In this document: positions 13,480-27,509 of the stretch, one piece after another
Position numbering within the stretch: the stretch's first letter is position 1
Layout of the letters: every line of letters begins with the position of its first letter
NCBI GenBank assembly: GCA_024679065.1
Contig: JAGIQG010000017.1
Coordinates: forward strand, 28,458,001-28,522,000
DNA: 64,000 nt
Reading direction: 5' to 3'
Source: Sphyrna mokarran
Lineage: Eukaryota
The notes under the pieces: generated by a model
The model's input: only the letters and a program-made list of their open reading frames with translations
The model's database searches: none
What the model was told of the DNA's origin: nothing
Made by a program: the position numbers and the translations under genes

Positions 13480-13880
13480 TTAAATAGCACCTTTCACAAC
13501 CATAGGACATTCAAAGATGCTTTACAGCCAATTAAACACTTTTTGAAGTGTAGTTATTGCTATAATGCTCGGACTTCGGGCAGCCAATTGGCATATAGCA
13601 AGGTTTTTAAACAACAATGAGATACGTGATCAGGTAATCTGCTTTTTAGTAATATTGGTTGAAGGATAAAAATTAGCTAGAACATTGGGAAGAACTCTTT
13701 GCTGTTTTCTTATTATGCCATGGAATTCTTTGTATTTCTCTTGAGAAGGCAGACAGGATCTTTGTTTAGTATCAGATTCAAAGGACAGCGACTTGAATTT
13801 TTACTTCCCAGCACTGAGTAAATCATGTTTTGATGGCAAATTGGAGGCATGCAGAGCCACAATTTTAAACATAAACAAGT
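13480..13880 (-). mobile_element. Deu-domain SINE (SacSINE1/AmnSINE1-like)
   Basis: Reverse complement of the Deu core and tail (gatccca tggca; cacttcaaaa; ggctgtaaagc), also seen at 29520-29800 and 30780-30870. Confidence 0.75.
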
Positions 13881-16800
13881 TGATTGCTGATGAATCCATT
13901 TTCCCATGGTATTGCCATTTAATTGCCTGTTGCAAATGAACTTTTTCCTGACACTGATATTTCCATTGAGGTGGATGGATTCCTGAAAGCTGTGGGAACC
14001 GTTCCAGCTAAATCAGTTCATGAATCTTGAGGGATGGCTGCTTTGGAATCTGGAACTTTTGACAGGTAAGTTTAAAAGGTCTTGCCGACATCAAATGTCA
14101 AAAGGTAATGTTGTATGACCATTTTCAAATGTTTTCAATACTGTGAATGATCATAAGGCTCTGTCCTTAAAAGGTTAGTGTCCATTAAACTGACCAGCAT
14201 TGTCATAGTGTTTATGAGTTAAATTGGATAAAGTGCTCTTATGCATTCAATGTTATTGGGAATATAATTTAAATTGGTTATCTGAACAGTGGATTGAGTT
14301 TTATATTGATTTAAACCCCAGAGACCTGTTGAAACTTTGAAAAAAACTCAGCAGATGCTGTTTCTATGATTGAAACTCCACAGAACATTTAAAACAAGGA
14401 GCAGGTGGCTGATCATCTGGTCAAACCACTTAATCCAATACATTGAGCTTTGTAAAATCTGCTTATTCAACTGTGCAATGTAATCCAATTATGGGATATA
14501 TGGCTGATGGATTTGGCTCAGCAAGGGTTGTTGACACATCCGTGAAGGGAACCGTGTACTTTATTAGATTCAGTTTTGTGAACAGATAATAGGATTAGAT
14601 GTTTAGAACAGGCTTTGAATGGCTGTTTGTTTATTTTGACAAATTAATTTGTATTTATGATGGGATTTTGCTGTCAAGGTAAGTGGCAATGTATTTCATT
14701 GACAGTTTATGAACTTCAAAGGAGGACAATTTTTGGAACTATACTTTGGCTGATTTTGTTTTACATTTCCACTTTTAAAAATTTCCTGAACATTTCAAAG
14801 ACTTTATATGTTATTATATGGCTCATGAGTTCTAATTATAGTGTATATTGGCTGAATGGATCTGGGAAATGCATAGCCGGCATAGATAACATGATAGAAT
14901 GGAGAATACGTGAAGAATGGAAGGATCTTGGAGGATCACAGGACTGGGGTGAACAGCAAACAGACCTGCCAGCTCTGGCATTCATTCGCCTCTGTTCCCA
15001 TCATGGGGAGCCACGGCTCTGAATCCAACCTATCCCTGTTTCTGGAAGACTGAACTGACTTTCAGAAGTTGGGACATAATGTCAGGAAATGGTTTTACCC
15101 CCAATATGAGGGGTAAAATTCTGCCTACATATCTAACAGATTAACAAGTGCTGAACTGAACTGGCAACCTCAGTTATGCACAGACGTTTTTGCAGTGTGG
15201 GCCTGAATACACATTGCCTGACTTAAGAGGTGAGTGCCTTATCAGATCCAGCAAATGGATATTATCCAGTCTTTTAAATGTTAAACATTGTGGTCAATGT
15301 ACTTGCAAACAGATTACATAATTTAACCTGTGACTCCAAGACTTGTGCAAGTGCAAGAGTACAAAATTATGAATTATAAAATCTCTTTTCTTTCAAATTT
15401 ACCTGGATTGAATGATTACTATCAAAGTTAATTAAGAAAGAGATTGATGATTAGAGGAATATTTATAAGCATCTAATAACCTGTGGCTCTAGTCCTTTCC
15501 TAACATAGGGAAATAATCATAGGAATTCAATGACAGTCAAAGTTCGACTGGTATCATGGAATGTTTACTTCCTGATCCTGAATCATTTAAAAAGGATTTT
15601 AAGATTTCCCTTCTTTTAAAGATTCCTAAATGCATTTTACTTCTGTTAGAGGACTGAATAAATTAGAAAAATTCACAACAAAACTTACAAAAGCTGACTA
15701 GATCATGTCTACTCAAAGCCTTTTCTTTTTCAGATTTGGGTTTTATGCACTTACTATATAAACAGATAACCATGGCCTCCATGAGAAACATGAGATATTG
15801 GTAAAAGGAGAAAACATATAATTTGAACATACTTACGAATAAGGCAGTGTTGTAATTTAAAAATGTGGATTTACTATGAGATTAAGCACATTACTGTATT
15901 TCCATACATATAAAATTACAATTTGAACCAAACTCTTTTAAAAGTTTATAGTTCTCTTTATAGGTTTATTACAAATACAAAAGTTTCATCAGGTGACCAA
16001 CAAACTTGATTCTTCTAAATTGAATTTTCATTAATATTCTTCAAATTGTTTAAAACCCTTACATTAGAGACATATTGTTCCTTTTCACAATTAAACCACA
16101 TGTTATTTTTGAATATGCTAGATGTCCTTGTGGGTTACTTTTGTGTGCCTGCCGTTGTCATGTGTCACAATACATATATATTCATATGGCTCTTTGCTAT
16201 GCACAGTCTATTATATATTCAGGCATTACTATGTTTTGAATGTCACTGTGTATGATGATTCGGGTCGGCTGTATAGCTATCCTTTGGGGGCTTGGCTCTG
16301 TCTGTTTACAAGGAGCAAATCAAAGATGCATCTTATTTCTGGGCTTAAAAAGTGAGTCTAGGGAGCTATCGGATAACCTTGGTACATTCTAGACTCCCAC
16401 AGCAGCTGCTGCTTACAGCCTCTTAGTCATGTAATCACAAAATGAACACCATAAACATGCTGCATAATTAAATGGCCTAAGGACTCCAAGTAATACACAG
16501 AAAATCTACACTTGTACATACGTCATTTACAAATACAACTTCAACCGATAAATGGTATGTGGAACATTATTTTCAACATGAAACATATTTCCACTGATAT
16601 ATTAAGTATACACTAAAATTAACACACAAAACTTTAATTACAAAAAACATCTAGTTCACATCTATCTAACAATAATAAAAAATGTTCAAAATTGTTGTTT
16701 AAATAAAAATGAAAAAGAGAATTGACTAAAAATTGTCTGCCATAAAGTTATTATTGAGATAACTAAGTAATTTAGTAGATATGATTAAGGGCTATTTCAA

Positions 16801-17389
16801 CCACAGTTCTTCAAAATATCAACAATCATCCTGTACTGTCAAGAATCATTCCTAATGTGATGAAACCAGCATGACCCAAAAAATAACCTGGCGTTATATA
16901 CAGGTTGCAGCTAGACCTGTTTACAATTCCTTAGAAATTGTGTGTTAAGGTCTTCAACTGTATAACACATTTTAGAGATGTGCTACATTATGTGTGAAAT
17001 GGGTAAGGAAAAAATATGGAATTGTGACTGTTTCCCTCAGTTTGAAGAACCAAGTTATTAAAAAAAAGTTCACTTTATGGATGAAATGGAATTGTGAATT
17101 ACGTGTGGAAATACATTGAGAAAACATTTAATAGAAAGACTTCCCTACGATTCATAGTAAGACTTGTGGTTATGTAAAGGACTGGTATAAACAAGCAGTA
17201 AATGTTCATGCACTTTGTGGCATGAAATCTCTAGCCTAGCATGTAGGCTTACCTTGCTAAAATTTTTGAACTCTTCTGTTGTATATATCCTTTCTCAAGA
17301 CAGTGTACAAAGCACATTGTACTGTCTTCAGGAATGGTGTACTGCTGTGCTCTGGGAAAGCCGTGCTGAAGTGCAAGTCCATTCCTTTT

Positions 17390-18528
17390 AATCAGAAGAG
17401 AAATTGAGGGTTCTGTGCCAGCCCACATGAGTGTTGCAATTCTCCCATCACAAACTGCAACTTTTCTGCAGGTCGGAGCAGGAGATGCACATTGCCAGTC
17501 TTGTTCTGGGAGTTGCGCATGTGCCGAGAATACATACGCATCTCCCAGAGCCAGAGAACAGTCAGAGACCAGGCCATGCTGGAAACTGGCGAGAAGGCAA
17601 GTAATTCATATGAATCCTTTTTTTTAACATGTTTTAAATGTATTTTAAATGTAATTATTGGAAATTTAACAGTTCCTATTGAATCTCCCACCCCGCCAGG
17701 AGAACTTCATTCTGGTGGAGTTTAGAATAGCTCCTCACATTTGGGGAACAAGCAGGAGATCCTGCCGGAATGAAGGGGGAGAAATCAAGGCCCCCGGGGG
17801 TTTGGTGGTGGGTTTGGTGCTCCCTGGGCATGGGCACCCTAGCAGTGCCAGCCTACACCCTCTACACTGCCCAAGGGGCAAGGTGCCCATACCCAAGGAG
17901 CATCTTGGCACTGCCCATTGGGCATTGGGCAGCGCCAAAGGGATAGGGCCTATTTTGGATGGGGCCTAGGGGCAATTGGTGGGGCGAGGGAGTCCCACTG
18001 CCATTTTGCATGGATTTCAGATTGGTCTGGGTTGGAGGGAAGACAACAATTGGGGCAAGCTGTGGTGGGGGTGGGGGGTCTGCTGGAAAGGGGAGGGGGG
18101 GGTCTGCCAGGATGAGGGGTGGGGGGATCACACTGCTGGGGGGAGACAAGGTAGGCTGGACATTAGGGCGCTCTAGGGCAGGGGAGGGGGGCAGGGCTGG
18201 CCCTGGAATTGTCACGCTGCAATTGGACAGTGAGGGTGGCTCGAGGGACAATACTGCAGTGGTTTCAGGCTGGTCAGCAATCAAGCAGGCCAGTGATCAA
18301 ACTGGTGGAGGCTGACAAATTGGGACTACTGCGCATGCACAGAGTTCCAGAACTGTCAGACTCTGGCATGAATAAGCTCTGCCCCCTCTGGGTTTTTAAT
18401 GAGATTCATAATTGGGACCTCTGCAGTTCACAGGGAAAGGAGATTTGAGTGAGAAGTTGAACTGACCAAACAGTCATGATCTAGAACAGTTTTCCTGCTA
18501 ATTTAGCACTTTTGGGAGAATCGTCCTG
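17390..18528. mobile_element. GC-rich MITE-like element
   Basis: ggcactgccc and gggcagcgcc motifs, a G-rich interior, and right end gcacttttgggagaatcgtcc. Explains the overlapping Gly/Pro-rich ORFs here. Confidence 0.6.
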
Positions 18529-18705
18529 AAGCTTTCCCGAGCTACTGTTTGTCCTCAGCATCAATAATGATTAAATAAGCGAAACACAGTGTATTACGCC
18601 TTGCCAGCACTGTTTCTCTTCAAATTTAGGGAACATTTAGGTGCAATCTCAGGTTATAGAGCAGGCAAAGCATAATTTAAATGATCTCCAAAAGGATTAG
18701 ATTAC

Positions 18706-19577
18706 AGGGGCGTCTTTGTCAAAAACAATTCTGAGTGTTCAACAAGCATGAAGGTGGGAGAGAATCACACGTGCCCATTTTTACAGTGAGAGAAAAATTC
18801 AAATCTTACGCCACTTATAGAAATAAATGAGGAAAGTGTGATTCGCAACAGTACAGGAAGTGGATGGAGTCTTTTCACCCTGGAAGCTGGTTGCTGGCTA
18901 CTAGAAAGCAACAATGTACATGCATATGATCTTCCAATGCACTGTGTAAAGTGGACATAGTGCACTGGGAATCTGACACTCTCTCCATACCACTCCCCTC
19001 TGATCGTGCCCCCACTTACCTGATTGCAATCCACCTCCACCCAGCTGATCACTGCCCCCATTCATCCACCTCATGTTGTTCAGAACTCCTATTCAACCCA
19101 CCGGCTGATTGCTGCCTGCAGTTCCCCGCCACCAACCCCCCATTGTCGACTGCTGCTCCAGCAATCCCTGGTTGCAGAACGCACAGCTCCCCATGTGCAG
19201 CCTCCCCTTTAGGCTCTGCCCCATCCCTCAGGCCACTCCCTTTTTCCAAGGCACTTTCCTTTGGCACTGCCCAACCAGCTTTGGGGCTTCAATAGCCTCT
19301 AATCCCCCTGACAAAGCCTGTTGCTGGAAACCATGCGTGATCCTCGTCGGTAAGGACTTACTGTCCTGGGTCCACTAATGTATTTAAATGATGATTTAAA
19401 TATTTAAAGCTGTCTAGCATCCTTCCCAGGCATGAGGCTGATCACATTGGCAATCCAATGCTGGTGTCATCACGATAGGCAAGAAACCAGGCATAAACCT
19501 GGTTTTTCACTTCTTTCGTGATCGTATCTGCTCATCACACTGATCGCCCGGCATGACAAACTGGTAAGATTGCTCTC
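18706..19577. mobile_element. GC-rich MITE-like element, opposite orientation to its neighbour
   Basis: Left end ggggcgtctttgtcaaaaacaattctgagtg and right end ggtaagattgctctc; C-rich interior containing ttggcactgccc. Confidence 0.6.
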
Positions 19578-19829
19578 TACATCTCTCATGTACTCAATAT
19601 TATATTCCATATTTCCTTAGTCTGGACATTTTTCTTAAGTTGGTTATAGAAAGTTATCAGGTACTAGAAGAAGGCATTGTAAATGATATTTGATATTTTG
19701 CATGTATATTTAGTATAAAGAATGCATAGCACATTCCTGGAGTCCACATGTGGATCTCTGAAAGACAAACAGTTTTTCAGCGACAGGATATGTTAATTAA
19801 TTCAAGTATTTTCTAATTACAGGATTCTG

Positions 19830-20780
19830 CTCTAATCTCCTTGCTTGTCTATCGCCACCTCTTTGCCAGCCTCCTCTTTTTCCTTGATTTCTTTTAGTGT
19901 GTCTGGAACTCTATTGGTCTCATCATCATGTTTCATGCTCACGTTTCTTTTGATAGAAAAATTGTAGTGCTGCAGCATCTATTGATGATTTTAAAGATTG
20001 TTGTCGCACAGCAACTTTGCTGAATGCTCCAAACAATAGAACTGTTACTTCAGCATCGTCATGTTGTGTTGCATAGTAGCTTGGGTGATAGCTCCGATCT
20101 CAAATTCACTTATACTTGCTGCTGTGTGGGGTTATTAATTGAGGTCATCAAATGTGGCTGCAAAGGTGACTCTGGCTCCCTAACATCCATCCATTCATTG
20201 CCTCAGAAAATGCAAGTGATGCAGGCATTTTGGGATATGAATAATAAAAGCATCATGGGTGCTCCCCGGATAACAGGCATTAACATTCAGGATCACATTT
20301 CTGCGGTTTGAAGCCACCTGCACATTTATGGATTACTATTTCTTCCTGTTTACGTATGCATTTAGGTTGATGTGTGGGCCATATGGGTTCCATCATAATG
20401 CCCTGGACTCTTGGGAAGTCTACCAGGCAATACAAGTTCTGTGCCCTCTCCAGTGATGTATCATTTCGATTGGAAAAGTGATAGAAGTGTTTCCCCTGTC
20501 TGTTACTTGCTTTTTACAGAAGGTCTATGTAACAGATGTCTCTGTGGTGACCTGTCGAGTAGAAATGAAACTTAATGTTGCTGTGATCTTTATAGTCTTA
20601 GGGATAGTCTTTGAAGTTGTTGTAATCCCGTAATAGATGGTACAGCTCAGACACTTCTGCTCTGGGGTAAAGGCAACAAAGTTATGTTTCTTCTGACAGA
20701 TTCAACTGCAACAATGATCTTCAATAGTTAGTCAACTGCATTCTTTTCAGTATTCCAGTAAAACTTTAAATTCAATGGGT
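19830..20780 (-). mobile_element. PIF/Harbinger transposase fossil (HARBI1/DDE_Tnp_4-like), pseudogenised
   Basis: Minus-strand motifs in the correct order: FPRVQGI-DGTH (20383-20394), YVNRKK**SINVQV (~20339-20356 onward), NACYPGSTHDAFI (20249-20272), PLQPHLMT. Contains stops and frameshifts; absent from the ORF track. Confidence 0.85.
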
Positions 20781-21723
20781 GCGTTGCATCATCAGCATGT
20801 ATTTTATTGAAGAGTTTACGCAATTACCTTGTTCACAATTCGTATGTTTATTACAAACTTATAGGTCAGGTGGGTGAAGTACATTTTCAGTTCCACTTAA
20901 TCTCACAATGTTATTGATTTTTCCCTGAATAATTAAAGACATTTTACTAATGAAAACAAACAACTTATTAAATGAATGCATGCTTTCATATTTGTAAATT
21001 GAAAGACAATTATTTTTGGTCAAGTCTTCAAAACTCTTTTCTGATTTTTAGAAGCAGCGTGACCGAGGACATATGATATAACGACATGCTGATTAGTCAC
21101 TGACTGGCTTCTAAATATATTACTCAAACCTGTGATTAAAACAAAATCTTAATCTTGCTTATAAAACTATCAAACCAAAAAGAGATAATTTACAAATGGT
21201 ATTAGTGAATATATCAAGAACCTACTGAAAGTGACATAGTGTCAGGAGATTTCAGTGACATCCGCACATCTGAAACAGGTCCTTTTCTGGTGCTTGTTAA
21301 GGGATTTTGCTATTTTTAATTTGATGCTTATCAGTTTAACCACTGAAGATCTTTCAATATATGACCCAGTGATCCATCTCTTTATACTCCAATGCAATCT
21401 AACTGCTTTGTAGTCCAATATTCCAGGCCTTCGAAAACAACTTTTCTTTTATTCATTCGCTCACGCATGCAACTGCACAAAATAATATATGGTTTCATTT
21501 TAAACATAAGACACTTGTGGCTGGGCGCCTGAGTGCCTAAATCACCTATGACATTTAAGATCTTTTGAAATAGGGACATATCACTGTCCCATCCCGCCCA
21601 TCACCTGTTTGATTTTTTAATATGACCATGCATCTTGCCTCTCTTCATGTGTCCTGAACAAACAGACTGATCAAATTGTGTTCATTTAACCTTATTGAAG
21701 AAAGAAAACTGGTTAAAAATTGT

Positions 21724-21850
21724 AGGACTGATTTTTGAACGTATGCTCCAGGTGCCTTAATTGAAACAGATTGAATAGCTTAGAAAACGTGCCTGCAATT
21801 TCCCAATAAGCACACCTGATGGGTAAGCGTGCGTTTGGAAAATTGGCCCT
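21724..21850. mobile_element. Short decayed MITE
   Basis: Imperfect TIRs aggactgattttt / aaaattggccct, similar to those of 63054-63168. Confidence 0.4.
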
Positions 21851-23308
21851 TTTTTGTCATTACATTAGGTGAAATTGCACTATGTGGTACTCGTGTCTGA
21901 ACATGATGAAGTCTTTGTCTGCAATTTTAATGGAGGCTTTAACCCATTTGAAACAAACCTGTTAATACCACAAAAGTAGTGGACAGTTGAGCTTTACAGC
22001 ATGTTAGCACATTTGCATTCTAATATTAGACTGTAATTTAATTCTGATGATTCTTTGCACAACACATTAAACCATCAAACGCTATCCCATTATTTTGAGT
22101 TATTAATGTTTATGATGTACCATTAAAACCTTAAAATGTTTGAAAACTCATTTACAATGGAATGAATCTTAAAGAAAGGGGAACCAACAAAGTTATTTGA
22201 GGTTTGAGTTTATTTTTATTGTATAAATTATGTTACTTAATGAACACTGTATTCCATTGTAAGCAACAGAAAGCTATGCACTCTATTCCTTAATCAGTTT
22301 GCAAGAAATATATTAAAAACATAAGCTAAGGAAGAGAAAATAAATGCAGATATAAAATAAATCTGTCTGATGATTTTGAAATGAGTGTATAAGTTGAGTA
22401 GCACCTTTGTTGCTATGTCAGGAGTTGTGGCAGTTATTGGCCTGTACAGCTGAATCTGGGATATGTCATACATCAGCTCATTTTCATAGATGATCCATTG
22501 ATACAGATTGTGCATTAAACAGAGGTACTGTTTACAGATTAATGTATGTGCCTGAAGATTACAGCATCAGACTTGGAAGCAGGAGGTAAGATTCAAAGTG
22601 GATCACTTAGTTCCCTGTCCAGGTAGCTTCATTGAATGGCTCATGCTGCAGGAAGGTCATTAACCTGACTACACTAACTTGCTTATGAGAGGCAAATTCA
22701 TAAAAATAGGAACAGAGGTCATTGTACTTAATCTGTAGCTCCTAATTTCCAGTCTTCAAAATGTGTTAATGTCACCAATCAAGTGCACTGATTTCCATAT
22801 CCAATCTTTATTCCTGTAGAATAAGGTTCCACTGTGGGAGGTGCCAAATTGTACAATTTATCCCAAGGTTTGTGTCTATTTGAAACCCAAGAATGTTGAA
22901 ATCAAACTTGAGTCTACTGCCCAAGGCGGTTGTTATTGTCTGAACATCATAATACTTTCTGTAGACATTGGACCTTCTGCAAAATCACGATCAGTGGATT
23001 CGCCATTGGATATATCCCAAGTTCTTCAATAACTAAAACTGGTGAGACACAAGTAGTGTTTCTCTTTTAAATACAACTTCATGAACTCCAGGTCTCAGCA
23101 CTATGCAGCTCATGATGGATATCACGCACATGTGTTCACTGCTTCATTTGGTGACCCTAGCTCAAACTGAATTAATAAATCCTCTAAGATGGAGGCATAT
23201 GTGCTGGTACTTTGCTATAGAAAAAACTAACGATTCTGAGTGCTTTGAGGTAACTGCTTTGGAACTGCTACTTGTGTCTGTGACTTCTTCTTTGAGGACT
23301 TATATTAT

Positions 23309-26300
23309 TGTAGCCCGAGGTATAATGATGAGGAGGCCTTGAATCACAACAGTATTTTGTTGAAGGAAAGGTAAAGCTAATACGACCAAGCTCAGGAGAG
23401 TTACAGGTCTATTCTCACTGATTTTCGGGCTCACAATGAAGATTCCCTCCTAACAAGACCTGCATTTTAACACCCGATAGGTGGCGGATTGCACGCTCCT
23501 TCCTGATAGGTCTCAGGACAGTCATGTAATACAGGGACATCCTTAAAGGAGCCATGCTACAAATCCTATTCATCCTCCCAACTTTAAGTTCCTTTATAAT
23601 AATACAGATGTATATAACCAAACAAGAATTTTTAAAAAGGGACCATTCGACAAAGTTCACAAAGTCAGTTGTTCTAATGACTTTTGGAATCTTGTGGAGC
23701 TGTGCAACTCCACAATTGAGTTTTCCAAGCTGGGAATATTAGAGTCTACAATAGTGATAGTTGGGTCAAGATATTCTGATGTTGAATTAGGGCCAGCACC
23801 GCCTTCCTCTGCTTCCGTTGACAATCGAAATTCTTTTTAGAGGAACATTAGGTTCTGCTGGCACTGACTCAGCTGCTGATGCAATGGACTCTATTACTGA
23901 GTCCTGACAACTGGCAATGGAGCTGCAGCTTCCCACTGTCTGTTGTGATCAATGTACTTCCACACTTTGAGCCCTGCAAGTTAATGATGTAAGATACTGG
24001 ATCAGTCCTTCAAATTATCTTCCTGGGTACCCAAACTGGCTCCCCACTGCCAAAGTTCCAAACAAAAACCAAATCTTTCAGGTTCAATGACCTGCCTTCA
24101 CTGACTGAATCATAATATTCCTTCTGTGAAGCTTGCTTAGCCACCATCCTCCTTGTTATATTTGGGAAAATGAAATCAAGATAGGTTCTCAGCCGTTGAT
24201 CCATCAACAATTTCAGAAGGACCATGGTCTGTTGGACCACTCATTGATACTCATTGATACATTAAAAGTGCCCTTTCTGCCAAACCCCAGTGCCCTTTCT
24301 GCTAAACTATTGGAAGCAGGCTAGTTTGGGGTCATGCATGTGTTGGGTGCTATTCGTTCAGACAAAACTGCTGAAGTCTTCAGCTGTAAAAGCAGTGCCA
24401 TTGTCAGAAGCAATTACTTCTGGAATACCATGAATTGCAAAAATTTCTCACAACTGTCTACAGGGGATAACAATATTGTGGAACACATGATTTGCACATG
24501 ATGTGGGCTTCCATCAGGAACAAAAAATATCATCCTCATGAAAGGACCAGTGAAATCAATGTAGAGCCTTATCCATGGGGGGCCAGGCCATTCCCAGGAG
24601 AGTAAGTTTGCTGTGGGTGGAAGGATCTATTGTACTTGACAATGTTGGCATGAATTGATTGCAATTCCTGATCATTAAATTTAACTCCTGTCCAACATTT
24701 TCATCTTGGTCTGCCCAGGATGTATGCTGTGCAACTTCTAGAGGAGTAGCTGTCACCCTGGAAGTCGTACTATCACTTTGCTCCCCTATAAAAACACCCT
24801 GTCCTCCAGATTTCACCTTTATGCCTGTTCAGATTTGTCGGTTAAAACTATTCTTTTAATTTTCAAAAAGACTAGACTTTCTGGTCCACGTCTTGATGTG
24901 AGCCAATGAAATGGGTAGAGTGCCATAAAAGTCAAAGCAAGGAATATCTTCAGTGGAAGAGGGGGCAAAAATACCACTTGTGGAAATGAGAGCAAATGTA
25001 GGTCATCAGCATCAGCAGACTGTGTTCCTGTTATGTACTGAAATGTATAGCTGTAAGCAGTTAACAGTAAAGCCCATCTTTATACTCAGGTTGGCATGAT
25101 CAGCAGGATTGATTTATCTTCGCAGAATAGTTCTAACAATGGTTTATGGTCCAAGATGATAGTGAAAAGACAGCTGAACACATACTGATGAAACTTCTTG
25201 ACAGTGAACATAACTGCTAGATTTTCTTTATCAATCTGCGAGTACTTCTTTTTGACAGTAGACAAGGTCCTGAAAGCAAAAATGACAGACTGTTCCAGGC
25301 CATCTTCCATCATGGGAAAGTACAGACCCTATGCCATAAGGTGATGTGATGATGATATTATGCTATTAATATGTTTTATGGTTAATTGATGACTGCTTTA
25401 GGAGCCAGCGTTTGATACAAGCAGTCAGTTTGTTTGGCAGGAATGCAGCAGATGCTGAGAAAGTAAAATCATTACTCATATCAGCCATGTAAGTGTTTAT
25501 TTAGCAGAAGGCCTAATAGGATGTTTTTTGATTGAAGTAATAAGATGAGTTAGGTATACAAGGACAGAGTCTTGTGATAAGAGAAATAGAAGGAGCTCCT
25601 CGGGTAATGCCTCTATTATTCAGATATCCAGATACATAACTATTCCCCTGCAGAAGGCTTTCCATGATGCATGAAAGATAGTGCATGCAGATAAAATGCC
25701 AAAGGATAACCTCGGATATTGGCATAAGATCTTGTGCATTTAATGGTGACAAATTTCCTTGAGTCTTCATCTAGCTTAAACTTTTGCTACGCTTGACTTA
25801 ATTCCAATTTTGTATAACTGAGGTCTCCCGCTAGCTTAGTACAAAGATCTTCTACCCAAAGGATAGGATATATCTATTTGAGCAGCTCTATTTATGTTTG
25901 GTTTGTAATCACCACAAATCCTCAATGTGTGGGGATTATTGGCACAATCCACTTTGAGAACTGTACTGGTTTAATTATTCCTAGGTCTTCTAATCACTTC
26001 AACTCCTCCTCAGCTTTCGATGTAATGCATAAGGGACAGAAAGGACTCTAAAAATGTTGGCATTGACCCAGGATTCACAGAAATTTTAGCCTTTACTCCT
26101 CAAATGCACTTCAGCTCTCCCTTAAAGACTTCTTGATACAAAACTCTTGGAAAACCCCATCAGTGATATCGAATATTTCCAGTCAATTCAACTTGATTTA
26201 TTTCAGCCAATCTTGTCCCATAGTATAAGGTTTCTGTCCTTTCATTACCATCAGGGGTATCTCAGCAGTATGGTACTGGTAAGACACTGGTATTGATGTT

Positions 26301-27420
26301 GTGTCCAATATCCTCAGTGTCTCTCTCGTGTAGGTTGCCAACTTTGCTGGAGTATTGCTGAGCCTCATTGGTTGCAGACTTCCTTGAAAATACTTGTAGG
26401 TTTGTTCACCTACTACTGTGGCCAAAGCAACTGTGCTGACTTTCACAGTTAATAGACACCCATTAACCATAAGGGAGATTTTGATGGGAGGATGTCTTAT
26501 TTAACTTTACAATGTTGAGCTGATAAACTTCAGATTTGTCATCTGAACCTTCCTCTATCTTGTTCACTAGACTCCTCATTTTTCTTTCTGGAAACTAGGT
26601 GCAGACTATCTGACTCTGCATCTGGCTTGTATGTGGCCCTTCCATTCTTGCAGATGGTCTCCCCCATGATGGTAACACTTAACTCCTTATAGCTGACGAT
26701 TTCTCTTCTTTTTCCTGAACCTTCATTACTGGTATTCTGAGCAAGCCACTGTCTTCCACTAATGTTGTTCATCTCACCCTGCATGCCTTGCAGTTCAAAA
26801 GCTTTGTTCAGGGCTCTCTGTCACTTGAGCCAAGAGATATGATTTATCTATTTGAACAGCTCTGTTTATGGTCAGTTCATAATCTCCACAAATCCTCACT
26901 GGTCTGATTTTAGCACTAGGACTATTGGCACAGTCCACTCCAAGAACTTATACCAATTTACCAATTTAGTCATTCATAGGTCTTCCAATCACTTCAACTT
27001 CACTTCAACGTTTTGCTGTAAAGCGTAAGGCACAGACCGAGCCCTAAAAAATGTTGGCATTGATCCAGGGTTCACATAAATATTATAGTTTCTGCGAGCA
27101 GTTTCTTTTGAATGTTCCAACTGTTAATATCATATATGAGGCAATCACATAACACATCACTTAAGCATGGGCCAAATGCACAGTATTTCACCATTCTGTG
27201 AAGCCAAGTGACAGAAGCAGAAACTGTCTTCCCGAGTGGAATTTATATCACTGTATAATAATGGAGAGTCAGGAATTGTAGTGCTCACTTACTAGTGTGT
27301 CTAGCCAGTCAAATGATCTTGTGTTCAGTGCTTCTGAGTTGCAAAGTTTCTTACAAGCTTATAAACTGAGGGCTGCAGTGAATAAAATAACTTTCTGCTT
27401 TTCTTTGACAGTATTTCATA
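23309..27420 (-). mobile_element. Degenerate Ty3/Gypsy element (gag-PR-RT-RH-IN-3'LTR); 5' LTR not found
   Basis: LTR at 23309-23561 with TGTAGC...GCTACA termini and a purine tract upstream on the minus strand. Integrase SDNGTAFTAEDF at ~24375-24410, RNase H YSQIDKENLAVMFTVKKFHQY..DHKPL, protease-region VNG...LATYT...GQDWL. Confidence 0.9.
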
Positions 27421-27509
27421 GAATGGTCATTTGGCCCATCCTTAGGTGATGTGTTATGTGATCGTTTCATGTATGATATTAACAGTTGGAACATTCAAAA
27501 GAAACTGCC

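Noticed and set aside
13960-14685. Consensus plus-strand donors (ag|gtaagt near 14065 and 14678)
   Set aside because: No convincing acceptor and open frame were found, and such hexamers occur by chance.
17679-18448. Overlapping Gly-rich and Pro-rich ORFs (also at 39562-40102 and 41569-42055)
   Set aside because: These are by-products of G/C-rich repeat interiors that lack stops on both strands; there are no domain motifs or splice structure.
19830-20780. Functional HARBI1 host gene
   Set aside because: In-frame stops and frameshifts lie around the catalytic motifs, so this is a transposon fossil.
21055-21610. Possible hAT-like element ends
   Set aside because: I could not establish matching TIRs or an 8-bp TSD.
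22539-23041. Plus-strand exon pair (GAG|gtaag near 22586; cctgtag...ctg|gtgag at 22820-23041) and a GVVAVIG receptor-like peptide
   Set aside because: All spliced frames contain stops, and the similarity does not extend beyond seven residues.
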